NCBI GenBank assembly: GCA_963693365.1
Contig: CAVNZM010000004.1
Span: 12,428,468 to 12,492,467, forward strand
Reading direction: 5' to 3'
Source: Amoebidium appalachense
Lineage: Eukaryota > Protista > Ichthyosporea
Length of the DNA: 64,000 bases
Numbering within the stretch: position 1 is the stretch's first letter; every line of letters begins with the position of its first letter. A model generated the notes under the pieces. It had not been told where the DNA came from. It searched no databases and saw only the letters and a program-made list of their open reading frames with translations. Position numbers and translations under genes: made by a program. Below are positions 48,775 to 62,799 of this stretch, one piece after another.

Positions 48775-49074
48775 GTAAATTAAATGCAAGAGTATTCGGT
48801 TTAGCAATTTACCATTGGCAATGCCGTCACGTGATTAGATGAAATTATATGATCATACCGGAAGTGGGTGCCGCACAGCCTGAGAATCAGTATGGGTGCC
48901 TTGTGTTCTGCATGAAGTGGGCACACGGTGACCTATGCTAAGCCAGACTGACGCTTGCTATCGCAGGTCTCACTCTTAACCGAGCAGTCATTGCCGGTGG
49001 CTGACGTGGAACCTCGCTAAGAAGGAAAAATAAATCCAGTAGCCTCGAGGCTCAGACTCGACGAACCCAAAAAA

Positions 49075-49112
<38 letters not shown>

Positions 49113-49203
49113 GGGGAGGAGACAAAATGATGCAGCCTGCCGAGAAAAAAAAACCTATACTAGCTATAGGACGTGCACCGTGCACGTGATGGTGACAGAT
49201 CAT

Positions 49204-49242
<39 letters not shown>

Positions 49243-50037
49243 CCCGCACACACACACACACACCCCCCCCAATCCCCACCCCACCCCAGCACACACACAC
49301 AAACACACAACAAAAAACTTTGAACTGAAAGAAAAATTGAGAGGAAAAGAAGCGAAGGGGCGCTTTGAACTGAAAAAAATATTGTGGGGAAAAGAAGCGA
49401 AGGGCGAAAGATAAAAAGAACCCCCTCTTCCCCACGTCCGTTGCTCCCTATCCTCCCCTCCCCACCGACCGACCTGCCTTTTAAAGGAAAGGGGGGGAAG
49501 AGGGGAGGGGGGTGAAGTGGGGGGGAATGGGAGCATAAATTCATACCGAGCCTGTATTGTAACAACTATAAAAATTTCAGAGAATTGAAGGCCTTGATCA
49601 ATTGCAGGCCGAACGTCAGTTTTCTGTGCTGCACAGCACCAGGCTGCGTAATTTTATCTTCCATATCATGATTGCTTCCGCCATGTAAGACGAAAAATAC
49701 GGCCAATCAACCGTATGTCCTTATTGTACACATTACATACAGACCACAAAGGTTGCATAGTTACTGTTAGCAATACCCAATGATCACTGGTCATTGATCT
49801 ATGCAAATATATGCCATTGGTTGGCACAAGCCCATAATATACACCGTCTCTGAACCACGTGGGAAATGGATTGTCATTGGGCCGAGAAACGAGGTTGTGT
49901 GTTTGTGAGGGCATAACTTTAGAGGGCGGGGCAGGATAACAAGGGGCCCCGGAACAGCACAGACTGAGAGAATACCAAACCCAGTTCTTTCAACATCCAG
50001 CAAAGGCGTATAATGAGCTGCGTCATAATTCAAGGAC

Positions 50038-50979
50038 CTATGCAGAAGGGAGTCGTTTCGAGTAAACCCTATAGTACACGGTCTTTGATCGCCAATAGGA
50101 ATAGGTGTTGTCGAACTTTAGCAAATAGACGCCTTTGTGCTCCGCCACGTGGCTGCCCCTAATGACCTGATTGGTTGCTGACTGCGTAAACAGCGGCAGT
50201 ATGGGGACTATGTTGGTGCGGCCCTCGTGTGTGTATTCAAACGACACACCAAAGTTGATGTCGTAGGTCTCCACTGCAAACTCCCACCTGAGGAGGAAGA
50301 ATAAGATGTGTAAGAAATGAGGGGGGTGACTAGATATTGTGAATGGCTGCTTGTATTTCTTGATAATATTTTTGTATGGGTAATCGTGGAAACACATAGT
50401 ACCTGCCGCCGAAGAGAGCGTTATGCTGTGGTACACGGGAGAGGGGTGGGTGGGTGGGTGGGTAAGGGGGGGGGGGGGGGGGGGGGGGCTGTTGTGTAGC
50501 AAGCGTTTCTGCATTCAATTCCTTTTTGGATACATTATAGGATTTGGATGAGAACGCTGTGGATGGAGGGAAATGGGGGGGGCCAAGAGGAGGGCGGACG
50601 AGTGGTGTGTGCTGTAGTGAAGGGCGGCGGGGAAGGGGGGGGGGGGGGGGGGGGTGGAGGGGAGAAATTGCAGGAGGTCTTAAATGCGGTACAGAGCACA
50701 AAGTACACATTCATGCCCGATTACACAACAAAAAGAGCACACACGTAGAAGCATCGTAAGCAGTGCCCTTGGGACAGCCATCCACAGAAGGAGCCCAAAC
50801 CATCCCACAAAACCCTACTTCACACCATTCACCTTCCATGCAAAACCTGACTCAGACGCTGGCTCACTTGAGCATGGGTGGGGGGTTGGGGTTTGGGCGT
50901 TGCAAGTTGGTTGGGTGTGTGTATGTGGGGGGGGAGGTGGAGGGGGGGGGGGGGGGGGGGGGTATTTTTTATTTTACTA

Positions 50980-51073
<94 letters not shown>

Positions 51074-52186
51074 TTGGGGGGGGGGGGGGGGGAGGGGGGT
51101 GCAGGTGCTCACAAAACCAGCCGTAGTCCAAGCAATCGTCACACTCGCAAAACCAGCCCTAGTTCAAGCAATCACCAATTAAAAGGGACGAGAAACGAAG
51201 AAAGAGGGCATTTTTCTTGGGAATGGGGGAAGAGGGGTGGTGGGTGGGAAGGTCGGCCGGTCGGGGGGCAGGGGAGGAGGGGGGAGGGGGAGTAAGGGAT
51301 TTAGAGTTCATACCAAGTCATAGAGCGAGGCCCCGGGGTGGGCACCCGGATGATTGAGGACTCCCCACGGGGCACAACAATCACGGCATTTGGATCGGCA
51401 GATGTCTGCTGCATCCACACGTCAAAGCTGGGTGTCTGCGGTGTGGGGGTGCTGGTGCCTGTGGAGGTGGATGACCGGGCAACGGGCGGTGTGGATGGGT
51501 TGGGGCTGGGGTTGGCGGTGATGGAAGGGGCTGGTGGGACTGTTGGGAGAGGGTCGGATGTGGTGTCGGTGTGTGGGTTTGGGGTCGGCTGGTCACTTCC
51601 TGCCTGCGCCTGGGGTTCGTTATTTGTTGGCGTTGCTGGTTTTTGCGTATCGTGTGTGTGTGCTTGGTTTTCTGTTTCCTCCGTGACGGAGCTTCTCCTT
51701 GCTTCATTCTCTGCACTTATTTTCTCCTGTTGCTTTTCTTCCTCCCTCCGTCTCTCTTCTTCTTCCTCCCTCTCCCGTGCCTCCTGTTCCTGTTTTAGCC
51801 TCTCCTCCTCTGCCCGTTTTCTCTCCTCCTCCTCTGCCCGCTTTCTTTCCTCCTCTTCGCGTCGCAACTTCTCCTCGACTTCTTTCTGTAGCTGATAGGT
51901 GCATCCAGTGTTAAGACACATCCAGAGGGTTTGACCAACCATTTTTAATCAGGACCCCATACACCACCGTGCCCAACAAGGAATATTCTATTCAAAAAAG
52001 TTAAGAGGGACCGTCATCTCACCATCCACCTGATCTTTACCCTCCCACAGCCCCCGTCACCAACTTCTTCCTGCGGTCCCCCCCGTGGCTTCCCCTCCGC
52101 CCCCCTCTCCAACCTCGTGCCATCAACTATCCTTTTTCATTGCTAGCATATTCCTCCCTCTCTCCCTCCCCCCCCCCCCCACCCTC

Positions 52187-52222
<36 letters not shown>

Positions 52223-52865
52223 AAAACACACTCTTTCTCCCCCTCGCCCTACAGCCACAGTCACTCTGTTGCCACCCTCCCGTCCTCCCAGTCGTGCTTG
52301 CCCAATCTGCATCTCTTTTCTCCTCTTGCCCAACCCCACACATATGCTCCTATGCAGACCAACCCACCTTCCGTTGTCCCCCCCCCCCCCCAAAAAAAAA
52401 AAAAAAAAGAAAGAAAGAAAGAACGTGACTTCCCCCTTTCCCTAGTATACCACACAAACACACACACCACAAGAGAATAATGATGATATCAAATAACCAA
52501 CTACGATGCTCTGTGCACACACACGCACAAAAAAAAAAAGAAAGGAAAAGAAAAAAAAGCAAAAATTTAAGGGCCACCGAGCACATCACACTGGGCACAT
52601 ACGGCCTGCTGCCTGGCCCACTCCCTCCTCAGCTCCTCGTCTATGGCGTGTTTCTCATTGAGCAGGTGCAGCTTCCAGTTCTCGTCCCCCTCCTCCAGGA
52701 TGCTGCAGAACAGCCCCATCGCCTCTTCCTTGCTCATCTCCCCCAGCGCAATCCACTGGTCTCTGTACGTGTGTGTGTGTGTGCATGCGTGTGCGCGCGC
52801 GCGCGCGCGCGCGTGTGTGTGTACGTGTGTGTACGTGGGTGTACGTGTCTGTATGTGCATGTGTG

Positions 52866-52948
<83 letters not shown>

Positions 52949-55900
52949 TGCCTATGTGCCCACACTTGTTAGTGACTAAGTGTGCATGTGCGTGCAGAAA
53001 CTAGTTGATGAGTGAATCAGTGAGAAAGTGAGTGAGTGAGTGTGGTGTGTGCAAGCTAAATGAGCAGACAGTGTGTGCAAGCTAAATGAGCGGACAATCG
53101 CATGTCACTGAGTGCGAATGCGTGAGGTGCGAAAGTCTTAGTGAGCCTGGACCGTGTCGGAGATTTTCGTTTCATTGCAGCGGGCTTAAGAGAACACAGT
53201 GATTGGACAGCATGGTACTGTGAGAGCTGACATGATTGCCGGGGGAGGAGAGAAAAAGAAAAAGAGGAACCGAACGAACATAAGCCAACTTTGTCTGTGG
53301 GACAGACCTTGTCTACGTTAATATACAAACACATTGCGCACACGAGTGGCTGGGTATACATGTGTGTGCAAGTGCTTGGCCACATGTGTGCCCTGGGCAT
53401 GTGCGCATGTGTAAGCTCAATGCGTGTTTTGCTACATGAGTATCTTTGAATAAGGTTGTCAAGTTCGCGGTTGTTGTGGGAACAGCAAAGATGTGGACGG
53501 AGAGGGCTGGAGGAGGAGGGGAGGGGGACGGGGGGAGTAGGTTAGTGGTGGTGGTGGTGGTGGTGTGTGTGTGTGGGGCCGGGGGGGGGAGGGAGGGGGG
53601 GGAGAACGGAGGCAGGGTGGGGGAGAAAGGCAGCTAGGCCAATGCCTCCCCCCCCACTCGCTCCAAGGAATCCCCCCACCCCCTCCCGCCCCTGCCCCGA
53701 ATCCTGTTTTTTTCTAACTGTACCCTCCTCCAGGGATTCCCTTTTTCCCGTGTTTTTTTCTTTTTCTTTTAAGGCTCAACCACGTGAAGCGAAGAGGTTG
53801 CAGGATGCTAGTTTCAAGAAGGCGAATAAATAACCGATGCAGCCAAACACACAAGGTAATAGGTAATCAGCCGACAATTAGCAATCATACACGCAGGCGA
53901 CTATACGTATGCCCACCTGATGTGGTGGCCCACCCAGTCGAACCAGCCAAGGTCTGGCATCTTATCGGGCGTGTATGGCCCCTTAACCACCTGCCTTTTG
54001 AGGGCATGCAGAGCATTGCGCGCCTCATAAGGCAACTGCAGCCGACCACTCTCTGTGTGGACACGTGTGAGGGAACCGTGGACACAAATGATGGTGTCAT
54101 GGTATGATGTGTGGGGTGTGCTTTTGTGCGCTATACATGTATGGATGCCTGAACGTGCTTTGCCTCTTCGTGCACCACTATTTGCAGGCCGATAGTGTGT
54201 ACTTCGCTAGTCGTTGAGGCGTTTGCATACAAAAGTAAAAACGCCTGATACAAACTAAAACACCCCCCCCCCCCCCCCCCCGTCCCTCCCGCAGGGGCAT
54301 CCCCTCTCCCCAGCGGGGGGGGGGGGGGGGGGGGGGGGGATGAAAGGGTTAAAGGAATCATACCAGAACAAGAGGAACAGCCCCCATCCCTTCCTTTCCA
54401 CCGAGATGAAAAAAGGGGGGGGCAAACACAAGAAAAACCAGCATCACGGAAACACGTGCCGGGGGGCGGGGGTGCACATGGCACGAAATTATAACACAAA
54501 CGAAAACAGAAGCACGGATGGATGCATGCCTCCCACCCCCCCCCCTCCTCACATCCCTTTCCTTCCTTCCCAACATAGGCCAAAAATAGAATGCTAGCTA
54601 GATGGTGCACACACCCTTTTTGATGTACTCATTCGCCAATCGGAAAACGGTTGCCAGAGGTAGGCCCCAGGTCACACAGCCATCTTTCTCGGCACTCTGA
54701 GGCTCTGTCGTGTATCTGCCAGGAATAAAACCGGTCATTCTTTTGAAGTATTAAAGCTCCTCCCATATCCCATGTCCTCCCCACCCCCCCAACCCCCTCA
54801 GCTCCCCCTCCACCCCGTGGGTCCCTTCATTCTTCTTCCTTTCCGGAATCCCCTCCTCTACCTATTCCCCTGCCACCCTGATGCACCATTGATTATATGA
54901 AGGTTGCATTCAAACGAGGCCTCAACCAACAACTATACACTTCCTGGCACAAGTATTACACCGTATGGTAATTGGCATGCTAAAGGGCAAACACGCACTT
55001 TGACACTGGGCCGGCAGTGCTAGCCTGCTTAATGGTAAAGTAGTCCCTGACGTACTCTGGTGCCTCGGTCACGGCCCTTTTCAGCACCAGGCTCCTGCAA
55101 CACAAAAAGTGTGAGGGGTTATGGAGCTGCCAAACACAGCAGGAAAACACACATTGTTCTGAAGTTAAGTGAAACAATAACGGTAAAGTTCTTGCGAGTT
55201 AGTGTCTAAACCAGCACCTGTCCAAGTTATATATTAAAAAAAGGCACTTCCTATGTTGACGTTATGAATAAGTGACTACAAGTGCAAGACTAAAAAAGGG
55301 GGACCAAACGGGCTCGTAGGGAATTGGGTGCATTGAAAGACTGTCATGTGCTAAGGCTTAGCACGTTCTGCCTCTATGTTGCAGCGTTGGACGTGTGCAT
55401 GCTTGGCTGGGCATAGACGCTCTGAATGAAGTGAGTTTACACAGTTATATATGTACTTCTTAATGGTTTGTGACCCACTGTTTAATGTTAGTACGGTTAT
55501 GTCTGTCTGCAGACGACGAGTTCCAAATGTTCCATAACAACAACCCCTCCCCCCCCCCCCCCTTCCCCACCGCACCCGGCACCCCCCTCCCCCTCCCTCG
55601 ATCCCTCTCTTGTCCCGTGCCCATCCAGAGAGGCCACACATACCCTTGCTGCAGGTCGATGTTATCTACAGATGGAAGGGTGCTGAGTGTGTAGCTCGGG
55701 GCCCTTGGGTCTAAAAGGGTATCATCCCGTGTTCTGGTTGTGAACCGCGGTTGCAAGGAGCTCGAAAGTGGAGGTGGTTCCTCCGCCTTTGGGCTTTCAT
55801 GTCGTTGTGTCTGTCCGTTTGCTGCTGCCGAGGAGTCAAAGGTGAGGGATGCAAACTAGAGACACAAAAAACCTTTTTATACAGAAACGCGGTTCAGATG

Positions 55901-56162
55901 ACGTCTGCAGAACGGGGCAAAAATTGACTTCAATCTTTATCTATGAGCATGAAGTGCAGACTCGTACTAAACCTTTTGTCGTTACACCTATGTACACACA
56001 TTCCCGTCTGAATAAAGAACACTTCAAGCTCTTCATATGCCAGTGTAACCAAAGTGCAATAAAAGGGTGTGTTCGCTGTGTACCTGGAAGAAGTATTGCT
56101 GGGTCCACCATTTTCACTGTCCCTTGTTCTTCTTCTTGGGGATGAAGCTCCAGCTCAGCCAT
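50038..56162 (-). CDS. ACBD3: ACBD3/GCP60 Golgi protein (ACB domain, charged coiled coil, GOLD domain), about 8 exons
   Basis: Exons about 56162-56084, 55824-55644, 55094-54999, 54715-54615, 54052-53917, 52762-52603, 51891-51313 and 50287-50038. ACB: WGLPLATVFRLA...LKRQVVKGPYTPDKMPDLGWFDWVG...WIALGEMSKEEAM. GOLD: WEFAVETYDINFGVSFE...GVYLLKFDNTYSYWRSKTVYYRVY. Confidence 0.92.
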
Positions 56163-56999
56163 CCTTGCAAAATCGTAGTTAGAAGGAGACACCACTATGA
56201 CTTCGAGAGTAATTAGTATATAGTATGTATCATACAAAAACTAGGAATGTCGTCGTGTCGAAGTTAGGCTCCAGAGGCCACGGGGAGGACTGCACTGAGC
56301 TACTTGTATTCACAGAATATTCATAACAATACTTAATCGCCTAGAGTGGTCTGACTGACTGCCAAAACGAGTCCTTTTGCTTTGCGTGTACTAATCCTGT
56401 CACTTGGCCACTCCGGCTTGCCAATGTTGACGCTTCTAAAATATTAACGTAGCCTTCTTGCGACTGGTTTCGTTTCGCAGGCGTGTGCCACACAACTCAC
56501 ACTCTGAAGAAGTTGGAGAAGAACCCTGATTTGATTGGCTTACCTTGTTGAAGTCATCCAATCAAATAACACGCACCAACTACTATCGCCGCTGTTGATG
56601 TATGATGCTGAACCAATCATACTACAATTTTGGAAGCTGTAGCCTGTTGGTATTAGTGACTACACTTGAGTGACCTTCGCAACTTGACTTGCTTTAGTAG
56701 GCACATATATATTTGGGTAGGCTGCATATAGGTAACTAAGAAGTTCACATTAGAGTTTGTAGAAGCTTACGCTTTGTATTGTTGTCGCTGGAATTATGGA
56801 GAAAGTCTTGACCTTTGCTTTAAACAACCAATCATATCATAGCCTAAATTTATGGATAATGCCGCTCTGCTGTTGTCTAGGACGGAAGTCTTGACTGTGG
56901 AGGGAAGCCTTGGTCTGAAAGTCCACATGTACGTATATTCAATAAAGGAGATCTGTTCGCAGCCTTGGCCTCAGCCTTGGCCATAATACACTTTACATT
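56163..56999. promoter_or_regulatory. Bidirectional promoter region between ACBD3 and UFL1, with CCAAT boxes and an ETS-like site
   Basis: Head-to-head ATGs about 840 bp apart. GATTGG at 56533; CCAATCA at 56558, 56613 and 56828; CGGAAGT at 56883. Free of microsatellites. Confidence 0.55.
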
Positions 57000-57846
57000 A
57001 TGGATGAAATAAAGTGGCTGCAAGAGCAGCTTCAAGCTGTACAGTTAGAAAGCACACTGCAGAAGCTCTCCGAGAGCAATGTGGTCGAAATAGTGAGCAA
57101 GCTGAGAGCGCTGGGTCTGGTGACAGTCATACACACGCAGGATGGAAAGGAGTACCTGACCCCTCAACAGCTCGAGAGGGAGGTGAGGGATGGAATATAT
57201 ATACACCAAGGTGTGTGTAACTGCGCTGGCTGAAACTTGCCTCTCTCCCCAACTCCCCCCCATTTCTTCTCTCCCATTACTCCCTCCTTCCCTGCTCCCT
57301 CCCTCCCTCCCCCCCCCCCCCCCCTCCCCCCCCCTCCCTCCCTCCCTCCCTCCCTCCCTCCCTCCGCCATCCTCTCCCCCCTTTCCCTCCCTCCCTCCCT
57401 CCCTCCCTCCCTCCCTCCCTTCCTTTTTCCCTCCCTCCCCTCCCTCCCTCCCTCTCTCCCTCCCTCCCTCCCTCCCTCCCTCCCTCTCTTCTCCCTCTCT
57501 TTCACACACACACACTCACACACACACACACTCTCTCTCTCTCTCTCTCTGTCTGTCTCATTATCTCTCTCTCTCTCTCTCTCCCCCCCCCCCCCCCCTC
57601 TCTCGTGTCTGTCTCATTCTCTCTCCCTCTCTCCCTCTCTCTTTCTCTCTCTCTCTCCCCCTTCCCCCCTCTCTCTCTCCCTTCCCCCCCCTCCCCCTCT
57701 CTCACCCTCCCCCACCCCCCTCCCCCGTCTCTCGCTCTCTATCCCCCTCTCCCATTCCCGCGCTCTCTCTCTCCTCTCTCTCGCTCTCGCATCCTCCCTC
57801 TCTTCCTCTCTCTCCTGTGTCTCTCTCCCTCTCTCCCTCTCCCCCG

Positions 57847-57880
<34 letters not shown>

Positions 57881-58004
57881 CCACCCACCCACCCACCCAC
57901 CCACACACACACACACACACATTCTCTCTCTATTTCTTCCCCCCCCCCCTCCCCTCTCTGCCTCTCCCCCCCCCCCCCCCCTAAGCCGCCTCGTTTTTCT
58001 TCCT

Positions 58005-58035
<31 letters not shown>

Positions 58036-58121
58036 CCCGGCCCCCCTCTTTCCCTCGCTCCCCTGCAATCAGCGCTCTTTCATGTGCCCACTCCATCTCC
58101 CCCTGCTTCTGAATCCCCCCT

Positions 58122-58154
<33 letters not shown>

Positions 58155-58369
58155 ACCCTCCCCCCCCCTCCTCCCCCCGCGGCGTTCCCAAAAAAAGATA
58201 TGCTCTCTCTGTCCTCCCCACCTTCCCCAAATACCCATTTTTTTTTGTAAAAAAAGAGTTAAGTGAAATAAGGAAACCGATATCTCGGCCACCACTCTCA
58301 CAAACCACTTTTTTATCACTTACAGGTTCCATTCTCTATCTGTTTGTGTTTGCTCTCCCTCGACCTCTT

Positions 58370-58411
<42 letters not shown>

Positions 58412-59480
58412 AAAAAAAAAAGAAAAAGAAAGAAAGAAAAGAAAGAAAAAAAAATCTGCCTTGTGTTATCTGTCGTGAATGTGTACTGCGTACTCGGCAA
58501 CAAATCTTGAACCACCCCTCCACCGGGCCCCTTTGCCCGCCCCTGCCACCACCGCCATCCTCCCTCCCCCCCCCCCCCCCCCCCCCCCACCCCTCCCCCT
58601 CCCCCCTCCCCGCGCCCCTCCACTGCGCTTTTGGCTCACAACGTGATCCACATATTCTCCCCTAGCTCCCCTGATCATTCGAGGCACCTTCTCTCCGTCT
58701 TCCGTCCCTTTTGAGTGCCTTCTCTTATTGTGCCTTCTTTTTCCGTGTCTTCTCTTTCTGTTACGATGCTCTTCTTACTTGCTGGCTTACCCTTGCTCCT
58801 TGAGCCCAGGCTCGTATCCAGCCCCCTCCTTTCAACTCTCTCTCAATTTTATGTCACTGACCATCTGCACCTTTTTTCCGGCTCTCCTATCTCCTCTCCC
58901 CCTCCTTCGTAATTACACCCTTCTTTTTTAGCTAGCTGATGTTGTTCCTGCCTTCTTTACTTCCAAGTAGCCCGTCTTACTGTGTGTTTCCTTGCTCCCC
59001 CCTCAGCACTCCTGAAAGTACAAAGAGCCACAGATCCCCCCTCCCCCCCCCACACACAAGCCCCTCTCCCCCTCCACTGGTCTTTTGATAACCGACCTGC
59101 ACACCTTCAGAAATATTGATTTAAAGCGAAATGTTGAAGGGTACACTTTTGTTGTGCAGGGCGTGTGAACGTCACCACTCTACAGGAGGAGATAGGGGTT
59201 GACCTACGGCACGTTGATGATGTGGTGCAGCGCCTAGTGCGTTCTGAACCAAACCTCCACCTTGTCACCGGCGATGTCATAGATGAGTGGGTCCCCCCGT
59301 CTTTTCCATCCTTCCTTCCCCTCTTGGTTCCTCCCGTTTTTTTCTTTTCCACTTTTGCTCGATCTGTTCGCTTAACTGCATATTTTCTTCCCAACCCCCC
59401 CCCCCCCCCCCCCCCCCTCCCTCCCCTCTTCCATCCTTCACACACGCACACACGCACGCACGCACGCACACATGTACGCA

Positions 59481-59550
<70 letters not shown>

Positions 59551-60180
59551 TTGATGGTACCTGTCATCTCAACACACACATTCACTTCCCCACTACACAT
59601 TGTTATCCGTAGTGCAACTTGGATCAAGCTATGACTACTCAAGTACTAGCCGTTCCTGGCATATTTAGAGTGGAAAGATGCGTAGTTTGCAGGTCGTGAC
59701 ATAACATATGAAAACCAATCCATGTGTATGCCATAGAGCGATCTGGTTGGAGGGATAGCATGGTAGCAGGCTGTGTCAGATATTCCAGAATCTTGGATAG
59801 CATTGAACATTATTGTGGTTTGAACATAATCTTAGTGGTTGAGCCTGGTGGATGTGCCTAAATGACGGGATAAACTTACATGGGGATATACAGTGGATAT
59901 CTGGACCAGATGGCCGAGCAGATAAACGAGGATCTGCAGGCCAAGGGTCACCTCACCATTGCCGCCATCTGCCACAAATTTAACCTACCTGTGGATTTCG
60001 TGCTTCAGGTTTGGACACCCCCCCCCCCCCTTTCCCTTGGCCCCCCCCTGAGGATGGGATCTGCCTATTTTGCATACTGTGTGCGTTGCTGATATTGCAG
60101 ACTTGAATGTTTACCTTTGCATGTCTCCTGGATCGTGTACCTCATCATGAAGTTGTAATTCAAACCGTGATCCGCATGCT

Positions 60181-60226
<46 letters not shown>

Positions 60227-60667
60227 ACATGTACATACCCACAAGCTTAGCGGAGTTGGACGTGATGTTGGGTGTTTAAACACCGAGACAACAACAGATA
60301 TCTAGTCATCGGGACACAGATACAGGCTATTTCACATGCCCACACACCGGGCGACATGTACTCATTTTTGTGTGTGGGCACAAGAACCCACACGGACACG
60401 CCCACAGACACACACACACAGACACACACACACACACAAACGTGTGTGCACACACCCACACACACAAACCACACACCCATGCACGCATGCGCGGGTGCGC
60501 GCACGCACACATCCATGCACGAACGGACACACGCGCGCGCGCACACACACACACGCACGCACAGACACACACACACTCACACGCACACGCACGCACAGCA
60601 CACGCACACGCACACGCACACGCACGCACGCACACGCACACGCACACGCATATGCATACGCACACAG

Positions 60668-60700
<33 letters not shown>

Positions 60701-60784
60701 TGTGTGCACACACCCACACACACAAACCACACACCCATGCACGCATGCGCGGGTGCGCGCACGCACACACGCATGCACGAACGG

Positions 60785-60868
<84 letters not shown>

Positions 60869-61856
60869 GCACGCACAGACACACACACACACACGCACAC
60901 GCACGCGCACGCACAGACACACACACACACACACGCACACGCACACGCACACGCACGCGCACGCGCACACGCACGCACACGCACACGCACACGCACACAG
61001 GTGCACGTTCCTTGTTCTTCACCTCCTAGGTCTCTCTCTTCACCCTCTACCTGTGTTTGAAATATGCACATGGGTCCATTTTTTTCTCATGCCTTTTCCT
61101 GTACTCGTTGAAGTGGCTAGCGTACTTCATGGTCGTATATGATAGTTATATTACCACAGAAGTCCATACACCGGAAGCCCCCTCGCACCTGATTGGACAA
61201 AACACGATCCGATGACGTAAACTCAGGGGAGAACGATTCGATCCCCGAGCGACATAAAGGGGCCGTTAGGTCCCTCTAGTGGGGGGTTGGGGGGGCGGCA
61301 GCCCCCCTATTTAGGGCCCAGACACACATAGGGTTATGGTTATTGGGTTTATGTTTTTATTGGTATATTACTATCAAATATTGTATTTTTTAGCCCGTTA
61401 TGGTTTGATCTCCCTATACCTAGGGGCTTCCTTCGTATAGACCTACCTCTTCTATTACTTCAACGTTTCGTCTTCTCATATTCCATGTTTTTCAGTGCTG
61501 CCTGTTTTCATATTCCCCGGTTTTTGCTTTCTTAATTTCTTTCTTGTTTTCTCTACGCCACATAGTTGTCGTGTGTCAAATAACAGTCTTATCATGTTTC
61601 ACCTCCCTGTGGTTGACTCATTTGTTGGTTGCCAGGTGGTTGGAGCACGACTAGGCACTCTGATTCACGGGCGGCACAACAGTGACGATAGGGGCTATCT
61701 CTACACACGGGCATTTTTGGACGGCCAGAGGGCCCTGGTGCGTGGCGTGCTGACAGGTGTCACGAGGTGTGTGGACACCCCCTCCCCCCCCCTCGCCCCC
61801 CCTCCCGGTTCTCCTCTCCCACCTCCCTGCTTTTTTCTCGGCCAAATTCTCTCTTC

Positions 61857-61909
<53 letters not shown>

Positions 61910-62697
61910 CCTCCCACTTTCTTGATCTTCTCACGGCCACAATCTGTGTCTCCTTGGCTAAGGGTCATTGCCAGTCTCTTCCTTTATCTCCAGGTTACTA
62001 CACCATCGTTGTCTTGATCATAGTTGCGCTCATGGCCTCGTAGGAATTGCAGGGTTAAATATGGGGATAGTGCTTCTAAGGGGATTGGGGTGGGGAGGTG
62101 GGGAGGGGAGGGGGCGGGAGGCTTAATGGTGTGGACTGAAAGTAATCAGATACTCCGTGAGGGCAATTAATCAATGGTTGTTGGTGAGATAGGGCTTAGT
62201 CGTTCGAATGGAATAAGCTTAGACAGATTAGGTTCATTGCTTTGCATCAAACTTGGCAACGTCACGTGTTTTGCGGGTGTCTGATGTAGAACTTGTGCAG
62301 ACCCACACCTTTGGTGCCGCTCATCCACCAGTACAATCTGCATGAAAAGAATTTCTTTGGTAGGTGCTGTATGGATGTGTCGTTCAAAGCTCCTCATTGT
62401 TTCCAGATCTTGCCCGGCATATTTACCCTTCGCCTTTGCGCTTGTGTGTATGATTGCGTGCATGCGCGCGTGCACGTGTGTGGATGTATTTATGTCATTA
62501 GATGGTGGTGGTAGGATGAATGCGAGTGTGAGTGTGTTTGGATGGAGCGGGGAAAAGGGGGTCAGGGGAGGGGGGGGTTGGATTGTTTGCTAACTTTTTT
62601 ACGATGCTGTGATTCTTATGCTTGCTGTCTGTGTGGCAGTAGCCCATATGTGTAAGCTCTTTGCCGAGTGCTTTGATCCATGTGCGCTGTCTTGAAC

Positions 62698-62739
<42 letters not shown>

Positions 62740-62762
62740 ACCACCACCACCACCACCACCAC

Positions 62763-62799
<37 letters not shown>

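Noticed and set aside
49318-49405. Two-copy ~45-bp tandem repeat (ctttgaactgaaa…gaagcgaaggg), and a 21-bp duplicate at about 53048-53092
   Set aside because: These are local slippage duplications with no further structure.
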